A stretch of DNA of 64,000 bases from a virus. Position numbers and translations under genes: made by a program. The notes under the pieces were generated by a model. The model did not search any database. It was given only the letters and a program-made list of their open reading frames with translations, and was not told the DNA's origin. Location: positions 21,476 through 85,475 of the IMG/VR virus record IMGVR_UViG_3300020122_000665. One strand, 5' to 3'. Below, piece by piece: positions 16,552-24,634 of this stretch (position 1 is its first letter; each line of letters opens with the position of its first letter).

Positions 16552-17940
16552 CTACTGCAGGTGCGGCGGCGGCTCACCGCCGGCGAGGTTCTCGAATCGC
16601 GTGTACGCGTTCAGGAAGGCGAGCTTCACCGTCCCCGTCGGGCCGTTGCGCTGCTTGCCGATGATGATCTCGGCGACGCCCTTGTCCGGCGACTCCTTGT
16701 CGTAGACCTCGTCGCGGTAGATGAAGGCGATCACGTCGGCGTCCTGCTCGATCGCACCGCTCTCGCGCAGGTCCGACAGCTGCGGCCGTTTGTCGGCGCG
16801 CGACTCGACGCCGCGGTTGAGCTGCGACAGCGCGAGGATCGGCACGCGCAACTCCTTCGCGAGCGCCTTCAGGCCGCGGCTGATCTCGGAGATCTCGCGC
16901 TCGCGGTTCTGCTCGCGCTTCCCCTCCGCCTGGCGACCGTGAATGAGCTGCAGGTAGTCGACGACGATCATTCCCTGCTGACGGTCGACGGTGAAAATAT
17001 CCGGGTCAGAGCGCCACCGACGGGACCTCGCGCGGATCTCGAGTAGCGTCGGAGAACCAGAGTCGTCGATCCAGATCGGCGCCTCGGAGATTCGGCTCGC
17101 CGCCCTGGTGATGTTGATCCAGTCGCGCTGCTCGAGCATCCCGCAGCGCAGGCGCGTCGCGTCGACGCGCGCCTCGCAGCACACCATTCGCTCGACGAGC
17201 GACTCCTTCGACATCTCGAGCGAGAAGACCAGCACCGGCACGCCGAACTCGATGGCGGCATTCTGCGCCGTGTTCATCACCAGCGAGGTCTTCCCCATCG
17301 ACGGGCGCGCGGCGATGATCACGAGATCGGCGGGCTGGAACCCGGCGGTGAGCGCGTCGAGCTTGTGGTAGCCCGACGGCACGCCCGTAATCGCCTGCTT
17401 GCGGTCGTAGCGCGACTCGAGCGCCTTCACCGTGCTGCCGAGGATCTTCTTGACGGGGTGGTAGGAGCTTCTCTGCGCGCGCTGCGCGATCTCGAACACC
17501 GCGCGCTCCGCCTCGTCGACGAACTCGTCGACGTCGCCGTAGTCGCCGTAGCCCTTAGCGGCGATCTCCTGCGACGCCTCGATGAGGCGGCGCGCCGTCG
17601 CCTTGCCCTGCACGATGCGCGCATGGAAGGCGATGTTCTCGACAGTGACGACGGCGCTCGTCAGCTCGGAGAAGTAGGCCTCGCCGTTGAACGCCTTCAG
17701 CTCCGTGTACGAGTCGTTGGCGCGCATCTGCTCGGCGACGGTGATCTGATCGATCGGCTTCGACGCCGCGTCGAGCTCGATGAACGCTTTGTAAATCGCC
17801 CGGTGGAGCGGGTGGTGGAAGTCCTCTGGAACGACCACGTCGGAGACCTGGCTGAAGGCCTTCGCGTAGAGCAGCACACCGCCGAGGACGGAGACCTCGG
17901 ACTCGTGGCTGTAGGGGAGCACTCGTCGAGTGGGATTCAT
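16552..17940 (-). CDS. dnaB: Replicative DNA helicase
   Basis: AARPSMGKT Walker A, FSLEM, VDYLQL, LSQLNR, DLRESGAIEQDAD, KQRNGPTG. Confidence 0.97.
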   Translation of the reverse strand: MNPTRRVLPYSHESEVSVLGGVLLYAKAFSQVSDVVVPEDFHHPLHRAIYKAFIELDAASKPIDQITVAEQMRANDSYTELKAFNGEAYFSELTSAVVTVENIAFHARIVQGKATARRLIEASQEIAAKGYGDYGDVDEFVDEAERAVFEIAQRAQRSSYHPVKKILGSTVKALESRYDRKQAITGVPSGYHKLDALTAGFQPADLVIIAARPSMGKTSLVMNTAQNAAIEFGVPVLVFSLEMSKESLVERMVCCEARVDATRLRCGMLEQRDWINITRAASRISEAPIWIDDSGSPTLLEIRARSRRWRSDPDIFTVDRQQGMIVVDYLQLIHGRQAEGKREQNREREISEISRGLKALAKELRVPILALSQLNRGVESRADKRPQLSDLRESGAIEQDADVIAFIYRDEVYDKESPDKGVAEIIIGKQRNGPTGTVKLAFLNAYTRFENLAGGEPPPHLQ

Positions 17941-18833
17941 TTCTTCTCCTGCTTCAGGCCGCTGGACTTGCGCAAGTTCGCGAGGATCTCCTCCGCCGGT
18001 GGAACCGGCTTCACGGGACGCGCGTCGGCGCGCTCGCGCTCCGTCTCCTCGTGCGTCTTGTGAGCGCGCGCCGGAGCGACGGTGGTAGCGGCGGCGGCCG
18101 GGATGACGTCGAGGTAGTCGCGCCAGCAGCCCATGAACGTTGCAAAGTGCTTGATGAACTTCACCTCGACGCCGCGCATCCCGGCGGCATAGTTCGCCAC
18201 CGCCTTCCGCAGCGACTGGTAGTCCGCCTCCTTCGAGATCTGCTCTCGACAGAGCTTCATCCCGCGCGTCTTGCCCTCCTTGCGCGGGTAGAGCGAGTAG
18301 ACCGCATCGAAGTCGAACTTCGGCGCTCGAGTCTGTCCTGAGAGCAGCGCAGCTTGAGGACTCGCGCTCTCTGTGTTTGTAGAAGAAGCTGCAACAGCAA
18401 CTGCAACAGCAACTGCAGGGGAATGCGTTTCCGATGCAGGAGCACTGCGCCCGCTTTGATCCTGCACATGCGAAACTGATGCGTTCGCATGAGCGTCCCA
18501 CCGGACCTTTGCGGCTCTCGTGTTCTTTTCCCGCTTATCCTCCTGCCGTTTTCTCTCAGCCTCCATCCGCGCCGAGACGAGACGATTCGTCGAGGAATCG
18601 TGGACGAAACGGTCGCCAATCTTCTTCCAAACGGGCCGGAAACGGTTGAGGTGCAGCCGACAAATCTCCGCCAAAGACACCTCGTCTGTCGGCAACCCGC
18701 CCTCGCGCCAGGCGAAGCAGAGGAGGTCGACGAACACCCCTTTCGCCTCGTGCCCGGCGAGGCTCATCTTCAGGTCGGCGAGCCAGTCGGCGGCGTAGAA
18801 CGGGAACGCCGGCGCCTTTCCTTCGCGCGCCAC
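17937..18833 (-). CDS. Phage replication initiator (YdaU/DUF1376-like N-terminus)
   Basis: PAFPFYAADWLAD, low-complexity linker, YPRKEGK helical domain; immediately upstream of dnaB. Confidence 0.8.
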   Translation of the reverse strand: MAREGKAPAFPFYAADWLADLKMSLAGHEAKGVFVDLLCFAWREGGLPTDEVSLAEICRLHLNRFRPVWKKIGDRFVHDSSTNRLVSARMEAERKRQEDKREKNTRAAKVRWDAHANASVSHVQDQSGRSAPASETHSPAVAVAVAVAASSTNTESASPQAALLSGQTRAPKFDFDAVYSLYPRKEGKTRGMKLCREQISKEADYQSLRKAVANYAAGMRGVEVKFIKHFATFMGCWRDYLDVIPAAAATTVAPARAHKTHEETERERADARPVKPVPPAEEILANLRKSSGLKQEKK

Positions 18834-19097
18834 CTATCGCGCCCTCGACCCGAGCCACATCAGGAACCCGAGCAGCAGCAGCGCGAACGGCGCCGCAACC
18901 GCAATCACCATGCGCGGGCGCCAGATCTTCCGGGGATGCATCCCGGCAATCGGCAGCGACTCCCACTGCCCCGCGACGCTCCTCGAGCGGATCCCGTCCG
19001 CTAGGACGTAGGACGCCGGACGCAGAGCACCGGCGTTGTCGCAGAAACGCACGTCGTCGTGCATCGAGCCCTCCGCGCGCCACGGTGACGCGCTCAA
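18834..19097 (-). CDS. Hypothetical membrane protein (start may be the ATG at 19064)
   Basis: C-terminal hydrophobic helix. Confidence 0.55.
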   Translation of the reverse strand: MSASPWRAEGSMHDDVRFCDNAGALRPASYVLADGIRSRSVAGQWESLPIAGMHPRKIWRPRMVIAVAAPFALLLLGFLMWLGSRAR

Positions 19098-19432
19098 CCT
19101 GCTTCAGTCCCTGTCGCCGGTCTTGCTCCGGCTCGTGGCTCAGGGCGTCGCTTCTTGCCGATGTCGATCGGCGGTCCGCTTCGGGACCAGAGCTTTCGGT
19201 GACTCCGTCACCCGCTCTACGTGTTCGCGTCGCCGTTCACCGAAGACAGGGGAACCAGCGTGTCGCCCTCTCCGACACGGTTCTCCGTCTGCACCCCCAT
19301 TGCGGGCGCGTTGGATCGCGGGGGAGCGCGCGCTCGCCGCCGCTTCGTCGCGACCTCTCCCTCGGTCTTCATCTCACCAAGGGAGAGGCCAAAGACGACG
19401 CTGTAGAAGAGGAAGATCATCTGCGACGTCGA

Positions 19433-20320
19433 CTACTCGTCGTCGCTGCTGTCGAAGCCGCCCGCGAGCAGCGTCGGCTCCGGGTGACCGGCGAGCACCT
19501 CGAGGCCCGTCTTCGAGATCACCTCCTGGCGCACCGCCTGGAAGGCGTCCTTCACGATGAGGTGCGGCGTGACGAGCTCGTAGGCGAACTGCGGGCGGCC
19601 GCTGTTCAGGTTGAAGCGGAAGCGCGCCTCGACGCGGTAGAGCACGCCCGCCTCGAACACCGGGATGCCGAGGAGGAACGTCTTCGGGATCGGCGTCGAG
19701 GTCGTCTCGTGCTCGGTCTTGTTGACGACGGAGAACTCGCCGGTCGACGGGTTGATCGAGCGCGAGAACTCGCCCTTGCTGCGGATGATGAGGTTGCGCG
19801 TCGTCTCGAGCAGCTTCGCGGGCGACACGACGCCCACGTCCGCCGGCGTCGGCGCGGCGAGGTCGGCCATGTTGTCCTCGATGTGCTGGCCGATGTCGTC
19901 CTGCGACATCCACTTCCCGCTCTGGTCCTTCCACGTCTTCCACTGCACCGACAGCGGGCAGACGTAGATGGCGCGGTGGTCGCCCCACCGGGGATCCGCG
20001 GCGGCGCCCGCCTTGTGGTAGTTGAGGACCGCGGTGAGCTCGATCTGCTCGCTGTCGGCGTAGACGATGGATCCGTCGTCCTTGAAGCGCTGCACGTGCT
20101 TCACGAAGCTCTCGAGCTCGTGCAGGACGGCCGTGCCCGTGCGGCGCGACGGCTTCGTGGCGCGCTTCTCCTGCTCGTCGAGGAGGCCCTCGAGCGTCTT
20201 CAGCGTCATCCCGGCCGGCACGAGCGCGACGGGGATGTCGGCGATCACGCCGTGGCGACCTTCGAGGATCGCGAGTTGCGCGCCGGCGTCGAGCGCGACC
20301 TTGGTGTTCGGATTCTCCAT
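19433..20320 (-). CDS. DUF2303 (YfdQ-like) phage protein
   Basis: LESFVKHV, AVLNYH, WGDHRA, IPVFE, ARFRF. Confidence 0.85.
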   Translation of the reverse strand: MENPNTKVALDAGAQLAILEGRHGVIADIPVALVPAGMTLKTLEGLLDEQEKRATKPSRRTGTAVLHELESFVKHVQRFKDDGSIVYADSEQIELTAVLNYHKAGAAADPRWGDHRAIYVCPLSVQWKTWKDQSGKWMSQDDIGQHIEDNMADLAAPTPADVGVVSPAKLLETTRNLIIRSKGEFSRSINPSTGEFSVVNKTEHETTSTPIPKTFLLGIPVFEAGVLYRVEARFRFNLNSGRPQFAYELVTPHLIVKDAFQAVRQEVISKTGLEVLAGHPEPTLLAGGFDSSDDE

Positions 20321-20397
20321 GGATCAGCCCTCCTGGGCAGTGGTGGTGGTGGTGCGTGTTCCTTCGCGCGCCCGAGGCGCGCGGCGGCGTCTCGGAG

Positions 20398-20769
20398 CTA
20401 CTCGGAGCGCGCCGGGCCGACGGCGCGCAGCGGCACCGGCTCGGCGGGCTTGTTGATGTCCTTCATCTCCTGCTGGCGGGGGTCGCTGCGCAGCAGGGCG
20501 CCGTTCTCGGCGGCGAAGTACATCGACGCGTCGTTGACCGGCTGCGGCATCTTCACGCCGACCTTCGACTTGAGGACGATCATCGAACCCTCCTGGGTCA
20601 GATTGATCGTCAGCGTCAAGGCGCCGGACTTCTTCGTCTCCCGCACGCCGCGGACGACGGTGGCGAGCTGGTGCGTCAGCTGCGCGTTGAGGCGCCCCTC
20701 GTCGAGGTCGGCGAGGAACTTGTTGAAGTCGACGGGCGGCGGGGGAGCGGGCTTCGTCTTCTCGGTCAT
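20398..20769 (-). CDS. Conserved phage protein usually paired with DUF2303
   Basis: ETKKSGALTLTINL...LLRSDPRQ. Confidence 0.75.
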   Translation of the reverse strand: MTEKTKPAPPPPVDFNKFLADLDEGRLNAQLTHQLATVVRGVRETKKSGALTLTINLTQEGSMIVLKSKVGVKMPQPVNDASMYFAAENGALLRSDPRQQEMKDINKPAEPVPLRAVGPARSE

Positions 20770-20794
20770 CGTGCTCTCCTTGGTTGAAAGCGGT

Positions 20795-20998
20795 TCAGGC
20801 GGCGCGCGCCGCGGTGGTCTTCATCGTCGACAGGCGCCGGCCGCGCTCGCGCGCGGTCATGCGCGCCAGGTCGTCCCGCTCCTTGCGGTGGAGCGCGAGG
20901 CGTCGCGACAGCTCGTCGGTGGTGGGCTTCTTCGGATTCGCGGAGGGCACCGACTTCAGCACCCACCGACGGAGAATCTTCGCGGTCTTCTCGTTCAC
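20795..20998 (-). CDS. Hypothetical basic protein
   Basis: SD AGGAGG; GTGA overlap. Confidence 0.55.
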   Translation of the reverse strand: MNEKTAKILRRWVLKSVPSANPKKPTTDELSRRLALHRKERDDLARMTARERGRRLSTMKTTAARAA

Positions 20999-21231
20999 GT
21001 GGCTCCTCCTTGGCGGACCCTTCGTTTGTCGTCGGCGAGCTGCTTCCGGTAGCGGTGCACGAGCTTCTCGACGACAGCGGCCTGCTTCACGCTGAGTGGA
21101 CCGACGAGGCCTCTCACGTCGCGAACGAAGCGCTTGGTGAACGTCGCCGGCGCGAAGGTGCATCCCGCGAGCGCGCGCACCGCATCCTGGTGCGTCGTGA
21201 AACCGCGCTCGCCCATCGCATTCGCGATCAC
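20995..21231 (-). CDS. Hypothetical protein
   Basis: GTGA overlap; ORF track. Confidence 0.6.
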   Translation of the reverse strand: MIANAMGERGFTTHQDAVRALAGCTFAPATFTKRFVRDVRGLVGPLSVKQAAVVEKLVHRYRKQLADDKRRVRQGGAT

Positions 21232-21731
21232 GCCGCGGCCTCGACTTCGACGAGTATTCGCGGGCGCTCCCTGTCAAGCTCGAGGCGCGACCCGTCCCAT
21301 CCTCGAATCAGCGAATCGTTGACGATGAACCCGGCGCGCTGCAGGTAGTCGCCAAGCCCCTTCAGATAGTTGTCGAGGTCCGCCTTGACGGCGCGCGAGC
21401 GGTAGAACGTCGCCTTGACGATCACCGGCACCTGCACCGTGCCGAAAATGGCGCGGCGGATCTCGGGAACCTGCTCCATCGCAGCGTGAAACCACCGACG
21501 GTAAGTTGCGCTCGGGACCGTGCCGCTACCCGACCGACTGTTGCCCTTCGTCCTCGGAGCGCCTTCGATGGTGAAGATCCACCCGAGGTTCGCGGGCTCG
21601 AGCGCGGCGACGGGCGGCTGCGCGCGCTTCACGGGGCGCCGCTTCGGCGCCGCGACGCCGGCAACGCGCGGGTCTCCCTTCGCCCGCAGCGAGGCGATCA
21701 AGGCGTTGCCCCACTGGCCGCGATTGGCCAC
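21228..21731 (-). CDS. rusA: RusA-family Holliday junction resolvase
   Basis: DLDNYLKGLGDYLQ...IVNDSLI catalytic motif. Confidence 0.85.
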   Translation of the reverse strand: MANRGQWGNALIASLRAKGDPRVAGVAAPKRRPVKRAQPPVAALEPANLGWIFTIEGAPRTKGNSRSGSGTVPSATYRRWFHAAMEQVPEIRRAIFGTVQVPVIVKATFYRSRAVKADLDNYLKGLGDYLQRAGFIVNDSLIRGWDGSRLELDRERPRILVEVEAAA

Positions 21732-21993
21732 TCCTCAGACCTCTCCGCGGGGCCGGCGCGAATCGTGGCGCTTGGGACACCACGTCGGCGATCGGTCGTC
21801 GTCGTGAGCTACTGCGCGCCTGCTCAGGTTGCGCGCACTCGTGCGAGCACCTACGTTCACGAGATGCGCGTTCGGTTCACTACCGAAAGACGAGTCGCTC
21901 TCCGAGGCGAGGTGCGGGCGGTCGTCAGCGCGCGCGACAACGAGGTCCGCACGACGATCAAGACGCCACCAGCCAGAAAAGACTTGCCGCACG

Positions 21994-22254
21994 CTAAGCC
22001 GCCGCGCGCGCCGCGACGAGCTGATCGATCACGTCGTCGAGCTCCGGGTGAGCTTTCGTGACGGGGACCGCACCGTCGGTAACGAGGTGGATGCGGACGG
22101 CGATCCGGATGCTCGGGATGCGCCCGCCGCCAGCCTCGGGGCCGCGCGTGTACTTCGAGACCTCGGGCTGCTCGACGCCGATCAACCGAGCGAACTCGGT
22201 TTGGGTGACGTCGTTCTTCTTCAGCCAGCCGTCCAGCAGGGCAGCGTAGTTCAT
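21994..22254 (-). CDS. Cro-like XRE HTH regulator
   Basis: TQTEFARLIGVEQPEVSKY...TDGAV; divergent from the repressor. Confidence 0.85.
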   Translation of the reverse strand: MNYAALLDGWLKKNDVTQTEFARLIGVEQPEVSKYTRGPEAGGGRIPSIRIAVRIHLVTDGAVPVTKAHPELDDVIDQLVAARAAA

Positions 22255-22261
22255 GCCTACG

Positions 22262-22290
22262 CAGTTAGCCTGCACTAGTGCAGCGGTCAA
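22262..22290 (-). promoter_or_regulatory. Cro promoter with operator palindrome
   Basis: Minus strand TTGACC-17 bp-TAACTG; perfect 14-bp palindrome CTGCACTAGTGCAG at 22270-22283. Confidence 0.75.
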
Positions 22291-22341
22291 TCTTATTTTT
22301 GAAGTTGCATCGTGAACATGACCTATGGCACGGTGTACTAC

Positions 22342-22836
22342 ATGAGTCGCGAAGCGGGTTTAACCGCCGATGAGCGGGAGAGAGAAATCGTGCAGAAAAA
22401 CTGCATTCGCTTCCGGCACGAGCTCGGCGAAGCGCTCGGCATCGACGTGTCGCAGCAGATGGTTGCAGACATGTCCGGCCTGTCGCTCGACGCCGTGCGA
22501 GGATTCGAGCAGGGGCGCCGCGTTCCCGAGCGGAAGTCGATCATCAAGCTCAGCGCGGTCTTCGGTCGCCCGTTCGAGCACTTCCTCGACGCGGACCCAC
22601 CTCCGCCCGATCCGGCGAAGCGCAAGGCGTGGTTCGTCCATCGGAAGGTGCTCGGGAAGGCCCCGGCCGGGCTCGAGGAAGCGATCGACGGAATCATTGC
22701 CCGCTATCGGGCCATCTCCGACGTGATCCCGGGAACGACGGTGCGGGGCTCGGTCTCCGCGCGCGGAGCCGAGAAGCTCCGCCAGGCGGCTGCTAGTGGT
22801 GCGCGCGGGACGCGGTCGCCACGAAAGAAGAAGTGA
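22342..22836 (+). CDS. CI-like XRE HTH repressor, no peptidase domain
   Basis: SQQMVADMSGLSLDAVRGFEQGRRVP. Confidence 0.8.
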   Translation: MSREAGLTADEREREIVQKNCIRFRHELGEALGIDVSQQMVADMSGLSLDAVRGFEQGRRVPERKSIIKLSAVFGRPFEHFLDADPPPPDPAKRKAWFVHRKVLGKAPAGLEEAIDGIIARYRAISDVIPGTTVRGSVSARGAEKLRQAAASGARGTRSPRKKK

Positions 22837-23188
22837 CGCTCTGCCGCGCGGCGAGCGCCATCGCCGCCAGGACGTCGTTGTCGCCCTTCTCGACGTAGCC
22901 GAACACCTTCGCCCGCTCTGCCCTCTTCTGGTCGGCCTCGTCGTAGTGGCCGGTCATGATCACGATCTCCGCGCGCGGGCAGACCTTGCGGAAGCTCTCG
23001 ATCGCGTCAATTCCTGTCCCCATTGACGAGCCACGAAACCAGACGTCAAGGAGGATCACCGACGGCTGCCAATCCTCGGCAGCTCTCAGTCCTTCCTCGA
23101 TGCAGCGCGCGGTGCGCGTCTCACCGTCGAGACATCGTTGCAGGCGAGCGCGGAATGCGTCGTCGTCGTCCACGATAAGGGTCGTCAT
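22793..23188 (-). CDS. Single-domain response regulator (receiver only)
   Basis: LIVDDD, ILLDV (phosphoacceptor Asp), IMTG, YVEK. Confidence 0.9.
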   Translation of the reverse strand: MTTLIVDDDDAFRARLQRCLDGETRTARCIEEGLRAAEDWQPSVILLDVWFRGSSMGTGIDAIESFRKVCPRAEIVIMTGHYDEADQKRAERAKVFGYVEKGDNDVLAAMALAARQSVTSSFVATASRAHH

Positions 23189-23346
23189 CCCGCCATCTCC
23201 CCGCAGATGAATCAAAAGTAATCGATAGTCCCACACCCGCGTCGCTTCCGTCGGTCAGCCCCCATACACATCACATAAACGAAGCCGAAGCACGTCCTAC
23301 GTGTGATGCCGTTTGGATCTTTCTTGGCTAGCTCGAACGATTCTTA

Positions 23347-23375
23347 TTGACTGCTGCACTAGTACGAGTTAGCTT
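23347..23375 (+). promoter_or_regulatory. Sigma70-like promoter with operator in the spacer
   Basis: TTGACT-17 bp-TAGCTT; spacer contains GCTGCACTAGTAC. Confidence 0.75.
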
Positions 23376-23416
23376 AGCTCCATCGTCCTAGATCGGGACG
23401 AAGGAGGAAGCAGGCA

Positions 23417-24634
23417 ATGGATGGAGAGTCGCCGTTCGCTCTCGTGAAGAGCGAATATCAGGGTCTCACGATGACGTGCTCGCCGGCCGAGGCGAAGCGC
23501 CGGATGCAGGAGCTCCAGGGCTTCGTGCAACAGGCAATGGTCGAAGGCGTCGACTTCGGCGTCATCCCGGGCACGAGGGAGAAATCGCTCTGGCAGTCCG
23601 GCGCGCAGAAGCTCTGCGAGATGTACGGGCTCGCGGTCGACTTCGTCATCGAGGAGAAGAGCGAGGACTGGGAGCGCGGCTTTTTCCACTACCGCGTCAA
23701 GTGCGTGCTCCGCGACCGCCGGAGCAACGTCCTCGTCGGCGTCGGATACGGCTCCTGCAACAGCAAGGAGAAGAAGTACGCGGGTCGGTGGGTGCCCGAG
23801 GCCGACGTCGGGTCGTGGTTCGACAAGACGAAACTCCGCCAGCGCGAGGGGACCTCGTGGCTGTGGAAGAGCAAGGTCCCGGCGGGCATCGACATCGCGA
23901 AGCTGCCGACCGAGGAGAGAGACGGCCGGGAAGGCAGCAAGTACACCGTCTACGGGGTGACGATGAAGCAGTTCTTCGTCCCCAACGAGGACGTGTGCGA
24001 CCTCGTCAACACCTTCCTCAAGATGGCGTGCAAGCGCTCGCACGTGCACGCGACGCTCGCCGTCACCCGCTCGGGCGGCGTCTTCGGCCAGGATCTCGAA
24101 GACCTGCCGCCGGAGGTCATCGGAGCGGCGGCGGGGCGGCGCTCGTGGGAAGTCCTCGAGGTCGATGTGACGGAGGAGACGACCGGGTCCTCGTCGCCCC
24201 CGGCGGCGAGCGTGGTGACGACGCCGTCGAAGGAGCCGGCTCCCAAGGTCGACCTCGCGGCGAAGCTCAACGAGATCCTGGCTGCGCTCAAGGCCTCGAC
24301 GACCGAGGAGGAGATGAGGGAGAACGCGAAGCAGGCTGGCGCCGCCTTCGCTGAAGGCTCGAAAGAGCGGAATCAGTACGGCGCCGCGTTCAGGGCGCAC
24401 CGCGACGGGCTCGTCGATGTGAAGGCGCGGGACGCCGCGGCGGAAGAGGCCCGCGACGTCCTGCAGCGCTTCTGGACCGACAAGCTCGAAGCCTGCAAGA
24501 CGCAGGAGGCCGTGACGCAGCTCGAGAAGGAGACGCCCGACAACCTCGGGCGCCAGGACGCGGAGTGGATCGCCCACGCCTTCTCGGAGCGTCGCAAGGC
24601 GATCACCAGGGCCGCGACGACGGCGGCCGCCTGA
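23417..24634 (+). CDS. Putative single-strand annealing/recombination protein
   Basis: DFGVIPGT..KSL...GAQKL and NTFLKMACKR...FGQDLED motifs; coupled to a nuclease gene. Confidence 0.55.
   Translation: MDGESPFALVKSEYQGLTMTCSPAEAKRRMQELQGFVQQAMVEGVDFGVIPGTREKSLWQSGAQKLCEMYGLAVDFVIEEKSEDWERGFFHYRVKCVLRDRRSNVLVGVGYGSCNSKEKKYAGRWVPEADVGSWFDKTKLRQREGTSWLWKSKVPAGIDIAKLPTEERDGREGSKYTVYGVTMKQFFVPNEDVCDLVNTFLKMACKRSHVHATLAVTRSGGVFGQDLEDLPPEVIGAAAGRRSWEVLEVDVTEETTGSSSPPAASVVTTPSKEPAPKVDLAAKLNEILAALKASTTEEEMRENAKQAGAAFAEGSKERNQYGAAFRAHRDGLVDVKARDAAAEEARDVLQRFWTDKLEACKTQEAVTQLEKETPDNLGRQDAEWIAHAFSERRKAITRAATTAAA

Noticed and set aside
19098-19145. Hammerhead ribozyme suggested by CTGA..GA-stem-GACA on the minus strand
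   Set aside because: The core does not match CUGANGA/GAAA
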